In this document: piece by piece, positions 1-9,025 of the stretch | Layout of the letters: each line of letters begins with the position of its first letter | How positions within the stretch are numbered: position 1 is the stretch's first letter | The notes under the pieces: generated by a model | The model's database searches: none | What the model was told of the DNA's origin: nothing | What the model saw: the letters and a program-made list of their open reading frames with translations, nothing else | Origin: an uncultured Gemmataceae bacterium | GTDB lineage: Bacteria; Planctomycetota; Planctomycetia; Gemmatales; Gemmataceae | Length of the DNA: 64,000 bases | Direction: 5' to 3' | Assembly (NCBI GenBank): GCA_963750165.1 | Contig: CAVVPN010000003.1 | Coordinates: 2,144,001 to 2,208,000 of the forward strand | Position numbers and translations under genes: made by a program

Positions 1-439
1 GGCGAACGGCACCGCCACCGCCCCGGCCGGCAGCGCGGGCAGTTCCAGCAGCGCGAGGTCGCGTTTTATGTCCACGGCGATCACCTTGGCGGGGTAGCCG
101 CGCTTCTGGGTGATCGTGGGCAGATACTGCTTGCGGTCGGTCAGCAACTGGCCGTTAACGTACCCCGGGAAGAGCACCTGCACGCCCGTTCGGTTGGCAA
201 TGATGTGATAGTTGGTAATGAGGAAGCTTGCGCTTGGTGTCCAGCACCCAGGCGGAGCCCTGGTAGAAGCCCGTCTTGCCCTCGACCTGGACGGGGATAG
301 CCACCCAGGCGATCGACTTGAACAGCTTCGCCTGAAGCTTCTTCTCCTGGGCGTCCAGTTCCTTGGCGGGCTGCTGGGCCGGGGCGTGGAGGACGAAGGC
401 TACCAGGGTGCCGGCAAGGGCGAACAGGCGTGCTTTCAT
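1..439 (-). CDS. Secreted trypsin-like (S1) serine protease, N-terminal part; runs off the window edge; frameshift near 224
   Basis: Signal peptide MKARLFALAGTLVAFVLHAPA and GSAWVL. After removing one base near 224 the frame reads LITNYHII (catalytic His motif) ... DIKRDLALLEL (catalytic Asp motif). Confidence 0.75.
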
Positions 440-498
440 GGGTCGTGCTCCAACACAAATGAGGGTCGGGGAACGGGATGATTATTGCAGATTGCGAA

Positions 499-568
499 TG
501 GGTGTAGCGGAAGTCGCCAGACTTCCGAGCAGCACCGGACGGAAGTCTGGCGACTTCCGCTACACCCA
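499..568. repeat. GTAG-type REP doublet (29-bp perfect inverted repeat, 12-nt spacer)
   Basis: TGGGTGTAGCGGAAGTCGCCAGACTTCCG (499-527) is the reverse complement of 540-568; same family as 33655-33724. Confidence 0.9.
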
Positions 569-727
569 ACTGCGAACCGCTCCAGAGGGGTGCGGCGGAG
601 CAAATGCAAGGGAAATCGGCAACCCGTGCGTGCCTCCCCCTGTCCGCCGTTCGCGGCCTGGCGCGGCCGTGGATGGGTTGACCTGATCTTGCCATTTTGC
701 CAGCGGCCGTTAAAATTCACTGAAGAT

Positions 728-801
728 GGTGGGTGTAGCTCAGTTGGTAGAGCTCCAGACTGTGGCTCTGGCTGTCGCGGGTTCGAGTCCCGTCACTCAC
801 C
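728..801 (+). tRNA. tRNA-His (GTG)
   Basis: Acceptor stem GTGGGTG/CACTCAC with G-1 and C discriminator; D-arm TAGCTCAGTTGGTAGAGC; anticodon arm CCAGA-CTGTGGC-TCTGG; T-loop GGTTCGAGTCC. CCA is not encoded. Confidence 0.97.
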
Positions 802-977
802 CTTGACGTAAGTTCCTGGCTGATTGCGAGATACCAACACCCTTTCCTGGCCCGAAGTCCAGGTTTTATTCCTTCAGCACTCCTGGCGGCTCGTCCTCAC
901 CCGAAATAAAGATTTCGACAGAGTGATCCGACTTCAGCTTGTCAAGGCGAAAAACCAGGTTTTCTTGCCGCAGAAGC

Positions 978-1361
978 TTACCCCTTCTTGACCTTACCCT
1001 GCCAGCACATTTCCTCGGTGATGGGGCCGGGGCCGACGCCGGCACCCTGGGGCTGCAGGACCGGCTTGCCGTCGGCGTCAATGCCGCCGAAGGGCTTCGT
1101 CAAACGCCCCAGCGGCTTCAGCAACTTGTTGGCCTCTTCCAGCTGTTTGGAGGCGTTTTCCAGTGATTTGGAGGTGTTTTCCAGGTGCCGTTCCATCCGC
1201 CGCATGGTGGCCTGCGTCTCGGCCAGGTTGGTGTTGGCCTCGGCCAGCTGGCTGCGCATGATGGCCATCTGGTTGTTGGTGTTATCGATGCGCCGCGTGA
1301 CCGGGGTGAAACACCCCACCTGCGCGAGCACCAGCAGCAAACAACCGATCCTTCGGTTCAT
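978..1361 (-). CDS. Hypothetical lipoprotein with coiled-coil segment
   Basis: MNRRIGCLLLVLAQVGC lipobox-like N-terminus; heptad-like region; GGAGG upstream. Confidence 0.6.
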   Translation of the reverse strand: MNRRIGCLLLVLAQVGCFTPVTRRIDNTNNQMAIMRSQLAEANTNLAETQATMRRMERHLENTSKSLENASKQLEEANKLLKPLGRLTKPFGGIDADGKPVLQPQGAGVGPGPITEEMCWQGKVKKG

Positions 1362-1427
1362 GATGGCCTCCCCCGACCGTATCGGCCCTGTCGGGGAGGC
1401 TGAAGCAGTTTTTCCGAACGTTCTCGC

Positions 1428-2380
1428 CTACCGATTTTTCCCAGTCTGCGGAGGATTCCGTACCACCTGCCCCACCAGTTCCAGCACCGCCGCCTGGTAG
1501 CGCTGCGGATCCACTTTGACTAAAGATTCGTGGCCAGCCTCGGGAATCCACACCAGTTTGCCGTGCGTGGCGACGCGCGCGAACAGCGCCGAGCTTCTTC
1601 GGGCCGCGCCCGGTCGTCGCGGTCGCCGGCCAGGATCAGCACCGGCTGCGTCTCCGGGATGGCGTCGATGGCGCGCAGCGGGGCGATGCGGTCCACGTCC
1701 TCGAAGAACAGCGGCGCCGTCAGGCTCAGGCCCGCGTAGGCGACCTGGGGACACGGCGGCGGACTGTAGTTCTCCAGACGGTTCCACAGAGCGGTGCGCA
1801 GGTCCTGATAGGGACTCTCCAGGATCCAGCCGGCCACGTCGTCGCGCACCGCCGTGGCCGCGAACACCGCCGCGGCCGCACCCATCGAGACGCCGCGAAC
1901 GATGATCGGCGCCGCCGAGCAGCGCTGGCGCAGGAACGCCACCGCCGCGGCCACATCGTGGCGGGCGCCGTAGCCGTAGTCGTTGTAGTCGCCGCTGGAG
2001 TCGCCGTGGGCGCGCAGCGACACCAGCAGCACGGCACAGCCGGCCTGGGCGAAGACCTGCGCGGCCTCCAGGCTGTGGCCGCGGTGGCCGCGGTGGCCGT
2101 GCAGCAGCAGCACGGCGGGCCGGCCCGGCTTGCCGTCCAGGAACCAGGCCCCGAGTTCCTCGCCATCGCTGGTGTGCAGGCGGTGTTCTTCCAGGCGGCC
2201 GTGCGGAAAGGCCGGGGCGGGCTCGGCGAACGGGGCGAGCGGCCGGCGCGTGTGCCAGTACGTACCCACCACCGCGCCCAGCAGCCACAGCACGACCAGT
2301 ACGAACATCGTCACCACGCCGCGGCGCAGCCATTTTCGACAGGACACGAGCTTCCTCCGTTGGGTCAAGATGACATTCAC
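1428..2380 (-). CDS. Membrane-anchored alpha/beta hydrolase; frameshift near 1590
   Basis: N-terminal TM segment, LLLHG, RAHGDS and the GVSMG nucleophile elbow. The C-terminus with WIPEAGHES continues in the frame ending at 1428. Confidence 0.85.
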
Positions 2381-3042
2381 TCCTCGTCGTTCGCTGGCGC
2401 GGACAGGTCGGGGCCGCGAGCCGGGGCCGTCAGGCTGAGGACAATGCCGAGGCCGTCGTTGGGCAGGAGCCCCTGCGGCGTGCGGATGCCGTGCGGCACC
2501 AGGTTGAGCACGGCCCCGGTGGTCGCCGTCAGGGCCAGGCTCTGCAGCGCGATCAGCCCGAGGTCATCGCCGCGGTGGAACAGCACGTCCGGCCCGACCA
2601 CGGCCAGCAGCGCCGTCGCCAGCGCCAGTTCGATGCCCGGGCCGGCGAAGTAGACCAGGGCACTTTTCCAGCGGTTGAAGCGGCCGTCCGCGGGGCCGCA
2701 CCTGACGAAGCCCTCCAGAGCCAACAGGCGCACCTCGACCGGCACGCCGGCCACGGAGAAACTGGCCAGCAGCCGGCCGACGCCGATGACGACACGGCTG
2801 ACGCGCCAACCCAGCAGCGCCGCCATGAGTGCGTGGCCGAGTTCGTGCCACGCGATCAGCGGCAGCCAGAACAGCACGAAAAACAGGGCGCTAAGCTTGC
2901 CCGGCGCGAAGTTGTGGATCACCTCGGCGGCGAACAGACCGAGGATGAGCATAAGGAACAGCACGTAACTGACGCGCTCGCCCGGCGGCACCGGCACGTC
3001 GCGCCCCGCGTCGATCCACATGGGCAGGCCCTCCAGGCTCAT
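2377..3042 (-). CDS. Site-2 protease / peptidase M50-like membrane metalloprotease
   Basis: HELGH zinc motif, FAGP and NLVP..NDG motifs, several TM segments. Confidence 0.85.
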   Translation of the reverse strand: MSLEGLPMWIDAGRDVPVPPGERVSYVLFLMLILGLFAAEVIHNFAPGKLSALFFVLFWLPLIAWHELGHALMAALLGWRVSRVVIGVGRLLASFSVAGVPVEVRLLALEGFVRCGPADGRFNRWKSALVYFAGPGIELALATALLAVVGPDVLFHRGDDLGLIALQSLALTATTGAVLNLVPHGIRTPQGLLPNDGLGIVLSLTAPARGPDLSAPANDEE

Positions 3043-3058
3043 CGTACCAGACTGATCA

Positions 3059-3188
3059 AAACCACGGAACACACAGAAAACACGGAAAAAGACAGAAGAG
3101 CGAATGAGACGGGTTGAAGTCGTGAGACTTGCACCTTGCTCACCCACTCTTCCGTCTTTTTTCCGTGTGTTCCGTGTGTTCCGTGGTT
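3059..3188. repeat. Palindromic intergenic repeat built of ACACGGAA-like units
   Basis: AACCACGGAACACACAGAAAACACGGAAAAAGAC ... GTCTTTTTTCCGTGTGTTCCGTGTGTTCCGTGGTT form imperfect inverted arms. Confidence 0.8.
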
Positions 3189-3203
3189 TCCCGGTCTTGC
3201 CGT

Positions 3204-3845
3204 TCAACCCAGTTTCCGTTTGATCTGCTCCAGCAGCAGTTGTTCGATGTCCGCGTCGCGGCCTCTGGGGATCCAGCGCGACTCGAAGACGGTCGGGTCG
3301 ATGACCTCGTACTGCCGTTCGACGTTGTTGATGCTGCTGAAGACGGCGGCGCCGGCGGTGGAGCGCACGGGTCGCGGCAGATCCTCCAGTTCCTTGTACA
3401 CCGTCAGCGCGATGAAGTAGCCGCCGTTCTGGGCGGGCTGCACGACGACGAAGCAACGGTGACGGTAGGATTGCAGCGTACACAGCAGGCGGTCGTACAG
3501 CTCGGGGTTGCCGGGCTTGAAGAACCCGGCGAGGCCCGGGGCGGTGCGCGGCACCGTCTCGATGTGGCCGTCATACATGTTCGATTCGAGGATGCGGAAG
3601 CCGAAGTCGCTGAGCGTGGACAGGGTGGCGTCGAACACCTTGCGGTAGGACTCGAAGGTGGGGCCGAGCGACACGTACAGGGGGTTTTCGAGGATGGCGA
3701 CGGCCTCGCCGCCCGGCACGAAGACAGGGGCGTCCATGGCCGGGGCCGGGGGCGGCACCACGTCCGGCGCCGGCCCGGCGGTCATGCACCCACCGACCAG
3801 CGTCAGCACCACCACGGCCCAGACCGTCCCCAGGGTTCGCGACAT
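3204..3845 (-). CDS. Hypothetical lipoprotein
   Basis: MSRTLGTVWAVVVLTLVGGC lipobox; coding-like composition to the stop. Confidence 0.75.
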   Translation of the reverse strand: MSRTLGTVWAVVVLTLVGGCMTAGPAPDVVPPPAPAMDAPVFVPGGEAVAILENPLYVSLGPTFESYRKVFDATLSTLSDFGFRILESNMYDGHIETVPRTAPGLAGFFKPGNPELYDRLLCTLQSYRHRCFVVVQPAQNGGYFIALTVYKELEDLPRPVRSTAGAAVFSSINNVERQYEVIDPTVFESRWIPRGRDADIEQLLLEQIKRKLG

Positions 3846-4067
3846 CCCGTCACCCCCGCTGCCCGACGCTTCGCCCCGACGGCCGCCGCGGCAGCCTCGG
3901 ACCCATGCTTCTGACTTCACTGGAAGGGTGGGGGTTATGCCGACCGCAGGCCGCGCTGTCAAGAGCAGTACGCGCTCGTGAGCGGCGGCGAATTTCGTTG
4001 CCCGGCCGCGGAACGACCGGATACCATACGCTGGAACCTGTCGTCCGGTTGCCCTGGAGACCGCGCC

Positions 4068-4505
4068 ATGAGACTGACCAGCTGGGACCGCATCCTGGCA
4101 CCCACGGACCTGAGCCCGTTCGCCGAGAAGGCCGTGCAGTACGCCCACCGACTGGCCGAGGACCTCGGCGCGGAGTTGCACGTGCTGCACGTGGCCCAGG
4201 ACGTGACGGAGCTGACGAAGCTGATGCCGGCCACCGGCGTCATCGACCCGGACGATTTGGCCGACGACTACCACCGCTGGTTGGCGGCGCTGGTGGGCGA
4301 GCGCGGCAACGTCCGCCGCGTTGAGGCGGTGCGCATCGGCGCCGACGTGGCCGAGTCCGTCCGCCATTACGCCGACCAGAACGCCGTTGACCTGATCGTG
4401 CTGGCCACGCACGGCCGCACGGGGCTGCTACACCTGCTGACCGGCAGTGTGGCCGAGAAGCTGCTGCGCGTGGCGCCGTGCCCCGTGCTGATGCTGCGGC
4501 CGTGA
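4068..4505 (+). CDS. Universal stress protein (UspA family)
   Basis: RILAPTDLS ... DLIVLATHGRTG ... GSVAEKLLRVAPCPVL signature; GGAG RBS. Confidence 0.95.
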   Translation: MRLTSWDRILAPTDLSPFAEKAVQYAHRLAEDLGAELHVLHVAQDVTELTKLMPATGVIDPDDLADDYHRWLAALVGERGNVRRVEAVRIGADVAESVRHYADQNAVDLIVLATHGRTGLLHLLTGSVAEKLLRVAPCPVLMLRP

Positions 4506-4521
4506 ATCCGTGGGGCAGAAA

Positions 4522-5028
4522 TCACGCCGTCGCTGGCGGCCCCGCGTAGCGGTAAGCGTCGCCCAGCTGGCGGCGCGTCAGGTGAATGATTTCCTGCGTG
4601 TGCCCCTGGAAGTGCGGCACACAACGGAACAGCGCCTGCAACGCATTCACGTCCGCCTTCTGCACGCGGCGGACGCGCAGCAGTTCGTCGGCGGACAGGT
4701 TCGCCAGCACCTGCCGCGCCTCGGTCACAACCGCTTCGAGGCGGCGCAGCAGTTCCGCCTTCGCAATGGGCCCGCGCTCGGCGAACTCCTGCGGCCGCTG
4801 CCGCACATCCGCGGCGCCACCCAGGCCGGCGCCGACGTATTGCCGCAGGTTGCCGGCCAGGTGCAGCATCAGGTTGGCGACACTGTTCACGTCCGCGGCC
4901 GGCCGCCACCACACCTGCTCCTCGCTCAGCTGTTCGACGCAGTGCCGAATGCGTCCGAATGCCTTCGTCAGCTCCTCGGCGGCCGCCGCCGTGACCGCCG
5001 CCGCCAGTTGTTCCGCGTTCGCTGTCAT
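4522..5028 (-). CDS. DinB/DUF1572-like protein
   Basis: NSVANLMLHLAGNLRQ, RQRPQEF and HFQGHTQEI (His triad typical of the DinB superfamily). Confidence 0.85.
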   Translation of the reverse strand: MTANAEQLAAAVTAAAAEELTKAFGRIRHCVEQLSEEQVWWRPAADVNSVANLMLHLAGNLRQYVGAGLGGAADVRQRPQEFAERGPIAKAELLRRLEAVVTEARQVLANLSADELLRVRRVQKADVNALQALFRCVPHFQGHTQEIIHLTRRQLGDAYRYAGPPATA

Positions 5029-5103
5029 GGCCCCTTCCTCCGCTGGCGTATAAGATTCCCCTTCAGCAACCCCCTGCACCATCCCACACTGGGGAGCCAA
5101 CCC

Positions 5104-6231
5104 ATGTTGCCGTTCCGCTCGTCCCTGGCCATTTTACTGGGAAGTCTGCTCATGACCGCACCCGCTACCGCGTCCGACGTGTCCGGGCCGGCGCCGTTCG
5201 GCAAAACGTCCGACGGCCAGCCGGTCGAGGTCTACACGCTCAAAAGTGCAAAGGGCCTGGTGGTCAAGGTGATGACCCTGGGCGCCACCATTGTCGAGGT
5301 GGACGCCCCGGACAAAACCGGCAAGGCCGCCAACGTGGTGCTCGGCTTCGACGACGCGGCCGGTTACCAGTCAGACGCCAACCAGTACTTCGGCAGCACG
5401 ACCGGCCGCGTCTGCAACCGCATCGCGCTGGGCAAGTTCACGGTGGACGGCAAGGACTACAAGGTGGCGGTCAACAACGGTCGCCATCATCTGCACGGCG
5501 GCGTCAAGCGCAGCCTCGACAAGGTGCTGTGGAAGGCCGCCATCCACAAGAACGGCAAGCAGCCGGCGCTGGTCCTGACCTACACGAGCCCCGACGGCGA
5601 GGAGGGCTACCCCGGCACGCTCCAGGTCCAGGTGACTTATGAGGTGACGGACACCAACGAGTTGCGCATCACCTGGCAAGCGACAACGGACAGGCTGACG
5701 CCGGTGAACCTGACCAATCACGCCTACTTCAACCTCGGCGGCGCCGGCGCGGAGACGGCGCTCGACCACGAGTTGCAGGTGGACGCGAAGGAGTACACGC
5801 CGACCGATGATGAATTGATCCCGACCGGCAAGCTGGCGGCGGTGGCCGGCACGCCGCTGGACTTCACGAAGTTGACGCGCGTCGGCGCCCGTATCGAGCC
5901 GCTGCTGAAAACGGGAGCCATCGGCTACGACCACAACTTCGTGTTGTCGAAGCGCGGCGCCGCGCCGACCTTCGCCGCGCGCCTGAAGGATCCGAAGTCC
6001 GGCCGCGTGCTGACGGTCAGCACGACGCAACCGGGCCTGCAAGTGTACAGCGGCAACTTCCTGAAAGGCCAGAAGGGCAAAGCCGGGCAGACGTACCGCC
6101 CGCGCAGCGCCATCTGTCTGGAGACGCAGCACTTCCCGGATGCGGTCCATCACGCGAACTTCCCGTCGATCCTGCTGCGGCCGGGGGAGACGTACCGGCA
6201 ACAGACTGTGTATGCTTTTTCAGCGGAGTGA
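5104..6231 (+). CDS. galM: Aldose 1-epimerase (galactose mutarotase) with signal peptide
   Basis: GRVCNRI, HLHGG, GEEGYPG, NLTNHAYFNL, GYDHNF and CLETQHFPD motifs. Confidence 0.95.
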   Translation: MLPFRSSLAILLGSLLMTAPATASDVSGPAPFGKTSDGQPVEVYTLKSAKGLVVKVMTLGATIVEVDAPDKTGKAANVVLGFDDAAGYQSDANQYFGSTTGRVCNRIALGKFTVDGKDYKVAVNNGRHHLHGGVKRSLDKVLWKAAIHKNGKQPALVLTYTSPDGEEGYPGTLQVQVTYEVTDTNELRITWQATTDRLTPVNLTNHAYFNLGGAGAETALDHELQVDAKEYTPTDDELIPTGKLAAVAGTPLDFTKLTRVGARIEPLLKTGAIGYDHNFVLSKRGAAPTFAARLKDPKSGRVLTVSTTQPGLQVYSGNFLKGQKGKAGQTYRPRSAICLETQHFPDAVHHANFPSILLRPGETYRQQTVYAFSAE

Positions 6232-6263
6232 CGCCGGCCTTGAGCTGTCTTGCAGGGCGGCCC

Positions 6264-6402
6264 GGGCAATGTGAGCGGCCTGGGCGGCGGTGGTGTGGTT
6301 CTGGGTCGCGGCTTCTAACCGCTGACAGGAGCCGCCGGCAGGAGCGGAACCGCGGTTGCGAACTGCCCGTGGGAGGCGAGCAAGCCACCACGAGCGGTTT
6401 TT
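6264..6402 (+). pseudogene. Orphan 3' remnant and terminator of a paralog of the Gly/Met-rich protein gene (54942-56087)
   Basis: Encodes GNVSGLGGGGVVLGRGF* (TAA 6316-6318) versus GNVGGGGVVLGRGF* in the intact gene. The downstream hairpin and T-tract align with 56088-56172. Confidence 0.85.
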
Positions 6403-6574
6403 GCGCCAACAGCGCGTACCGCAGCCGTCGTGACGAAGTTTCGGCCACGCAGACGAACAATCCCCCCGACGCCTCCCGAGTTCCTCCCGGGCACGGCGCA
6501 CCGCCAAGAATTTCTTGTTCATTTCTCCTGATTAAATCAGGGGTTACAGCAGTTCTTTCGTTTTCATCGGCCTC

Positions 6575-6590
6575 CGGCACGGTTCGTGCA
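6575..6590 (+). promoter_or_regulatory. Putative sigma54 -24/-12 promoter of the USP-like/RND/TolC operon
   Basis: CGGCACGGTTCGTGCA: GG(6576-77)-N10-GC(6588-89) with a GGCACG core; AT-rich tract upstream; about 65 nt before the ATG. Confidence 0.7.
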
Positions 6591-6653
6591 AAAAGGTACA
6601 AGCACGCAGCAAAACCGGCGGATCGGCCGTCGCGTGGCTGTGGGGAGACGTTC

Positions 6654-7412
6654 ATGACCGCGATCACTCTCAACCGCGTCGCCGTGTGGCTCGACGCTCT
6701 GGCGCCGCGGCAGGGAGCATTTCCGTTTGCCCTGGAGTGGGCGGAGCGACTGGGCTGGTGCCTGCAAGGCATCGTGCCGGCCGGTTGGGAGTCGGGCGGG
6801 CCGGACCTCCGGCAAATCCTGGACGCCTGCACGGGTGCCTGTGCCAACCACGGCGTCACCTGGGAACCGACCGCCGAGGGGAAAGCCAACCCCGCCGGGT
6901 TGTGCGCTGTCGGCGTCGGCCTGGCGCCGGCCGAACGCGAAGCGGTCGTCCGCCGGGCGCTGGCCGACGGACACACTGCTGTCCTGGTGTGCCCGCCGCT
7001 GTGGCAGCCGCTGTCGCGGGTGTTGATTTTGGACCAGCACCACCGCGGCTCGTTTCTGACGCGGGCGGCGAACCTGTGCCGCACTCTCGGCGTTGAGCCG
7101 GTGGTGCTCACGGTGGCGGCCTCGGAGTCCGAGGCCTTGACGGCCCGGACAGTGGCCGAACAGACCTTCGCCACCCAGCGCGTCGGGGCGGATGTGGATT
7201 TCATCGTCGGCTACGACCTGACGACGGCCGCGTCCTGGGTGGCGCGGTGGCGGCGCTGCACGCATCTGTTCGTTGAAGGCCACCCGTCCACGCCCTGGTG
7301 GCGCCGCTTCCTGGGCGACCAGGCGGCGGAATTGTTGTCCCTGGCTCGGACCTGCACCGTGCTGGCCCTGCCGCCCTCGGTCCCCACCCTTGCCGATGGG
7401 ACGCCGAATTAA
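6654..7412 (+). CDS. Divergent universal-stress-protein-like protein (first gene of the efflux operon)
   Basis: GGGGAG RBS; RVAVWLD, AVLVCP..WQPLSRVLIL and C-terminal CTVLALP resemble tandem USP domains. Confidence 0.6.
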   Translation: MTAITLNRVAVWLDALAPRQGAFPFALEWAERLGWCLQGIVPAGWESGGPDLRQILDACTGACANHGVTWEPTAEGKANPAGLCAVGVGLAPAEREAVVRRALADGHTAVLVCPPLWQPLSRVLILDQHHRGSFLTRAANLCRTLGVEPVVLTVAASESEALTARTVAEQTFATQRVGADVDFIVGYDLTTAASWVARWRRCTHLFVEGHPSTPWWRRFLGDQAAELLSLARTCTVLALPPSVPTLADGTPN

Positions 7413-7460
7413 TAATGATTTCATGTTCGCTGGTCTTTTTTGATGGAGTGAGGTTTGACA

Positions 7461-8858
7461 ATGACGGAGACCAAACGCAATTCCTCGTGGCTGTGGTGGA
7501 CGGCGTTCGTGCTGGGAGTGGTGGTCGTGGCCGGTGTGCTGGTCGGGTACATCCTGACCCGGAACAGCACGGCAGCCCCCGCGCACGCCCACAACACCTC
7601 GGCCGACGATGACGAGCAGGAAATTGCCCCCAACATCCCCAAAGTGCGCGTGGTCCGGCCCGTGTCCGGCGGCACTGAACATATCACCCAGCAGCCGGGC
7701 ACCGTGCAGGCGTTTGAATCGGCGCCCATCATCGCCGAGGTGTCGGGCTACCTCAAGGAACTGCGCGTAGACATTGGTTCGCGCGTGAAGGAGGGCGACA
7801 TTCTGGCCGTCATCGACGTGCCCGATCTGAAGAAGACGGCGGAGCGCAACAAGGCGGCCTACGAGCAGCAGTTGGCCCGCGTCAAGCAGATGCAGGCCCA
7901 GGTCAAGGTCGCCAACGCCGAGGTGGACGCCGCCAAGGCGGCCGAGATCCAGGCGGCGGCCACCCTCCGGAGCAATGAGGCCTGGGCCCGCTTCCGCCAC
8001 CTGCAGATGAACCGCATGGAACGACTGTTCAAGAACACCTCCATCGAGGAGAAACTCCTGGACGAGGCCAAGGAGCGCTATGAGGCGTCCGAGGAGACGG
8101 TGCGGTCGTCCCAGGCGGCCATCAAGACCACCCTGGCCCAGCGGCAGGCGAAGGAGGCCGCCGTCGAGAAGGCCGAGGAGGATGTCAAGGCAGCCCGGGC
8201 CGAGGCCGAAGTGGCCCAGGCCGAGTGGCAGCGGTCCCTGGTCCTCGTCAATTTCGCCACCCTGAAGGCCCCCTTTGACGGCATCGTCACGGTGCGCAAC
8301 GTGAACCGCGGCGACTTCATCCGCGCCGCCGCCACGGGCGCCAACTCCCCGCTGGTTGTTGTCGAGCGCGAGGATCTCATGCGGGTGGTCGTTCAGATCC
8401 CCGACCGCGACGTGAACTTCACCGACAAGGGCGACAAGGCCACCGTGGAACTGGACGCGCTGCCGGGCCAGAAGTTCGAGGGCAAGGTCGCCCGCACCGC
8501 CGGCTCCGAGGATCAGCACACGCGGCTGATGCGTATCGAGATCGACCTGCCCAACCCGACCGGCCGCATCAAACAGGGCATGTTCGGCCAGGTGACCATC
8601 ATCCTGGAGAAGTCCGACGATCCGATGACGATCCCCACGGCGGCCCTGGTTGGCGAGACGAAGGGCAACCGCGGCCAGGTGTTTGTGGTCCGCGACGGCA
8701 AGGCGGTCCAGGTGCCGGTCGAACTGGGCGTGAGCTACGGCGGCCGCGTCGGCGTCCGCAACGGGCTGACCCTTCAGGATGAGGTGATCGCCAATCCGGG
8801 CCGGAACCTGCACAACGGCACCGCCGTCGAGGTGGAACCCGGCTCCCGCAAGGCCTGA
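7461..8858 (+). CDS. RND efflux periplasmic adaptor (membrane fusion protein)
   Basis: N-terminal TM; VSGYLKELRVDIGSRVKEGDILA lipoyl half-motif; long coiled coil; LKAPFDGIVT; TRLMRIEIDLPN. Confidence 0.95.
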   Translation: MTETKRNSSWLWWTAFVLGVVVVAGVLVGYILTRNSTAAPAHAHNTSADDDEQEIAPNIPKVRVVRPVSGGTEHITQQPGTVQAFESAPIIAEVSGYLKELRVDIGSRVKEGDILAVIDVPDLKKTAERNKAAYEQQLARVKQMQAQVKVANAEVDAAKAAEIQAAATLRSNEAWARFRHLQMNRMERLFKNTSIEEKLLDEAKERYEASEETVRSSQAAIKTTLAQRQAKEAAVEKAEEDVKAARAEAEVAQAEWQRSLVLVNFATLKAPFDGIVTVRNVNRGDFIRAAATGANSPLVVVEREDLMRVVVQIPDRDVNFTDKGDKATVELDALPGQKFEGKVARTAGSEDQHTRLMRIEIDLPNPTGRIKQGMFGQVTIILEKSDDPMTIPTAALVGETKGNRGQVFVVRDGKAVQVPVELGVSYGGRVGVRNGLTLQDEVIANPGRNLHNGTAVEVEPGSRKA

Positions 8859-8866
8859 CCGCTGCG

Positions 8867-8908
8867 GCCGAAGCGCCAGCGGGTTCCCTCGCTCGCGCTT
8901 CGGGCTCA
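8867..8908. repeat. Short REP-like palindrome
   Basis: CCGAAGCGCCAGCGGG...CCCTCGCTCGCGCTTCGG imperfect hairpin between the MFP and RND genes. Confidence 0.6.
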
Positions 8909-9025
8909 GACTGAAGTTGCTGTCGCACGCCCATCCGAAAACTCCCGAACCAAACGAACCCCCTGACGAGTGCCGCCGAGACTGTGATCGGCGGCACTTT
9001 TCCACGCCTATAAGGAAACACTTAT

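Noticed and set aside
728..1400. tRNA-His as an integration site of a genomic island
   Set aside because: I saw no integrase and no duplicated tRNA 3' end in the window.
6535..6546. IHF site upstream of the RND operon promoter (AATCAGGGGTTA)
   Set aside because: It is one base short of the WATCAR-N4-TTR consensus. A G-run error is possible, but the site is unsupported as given.
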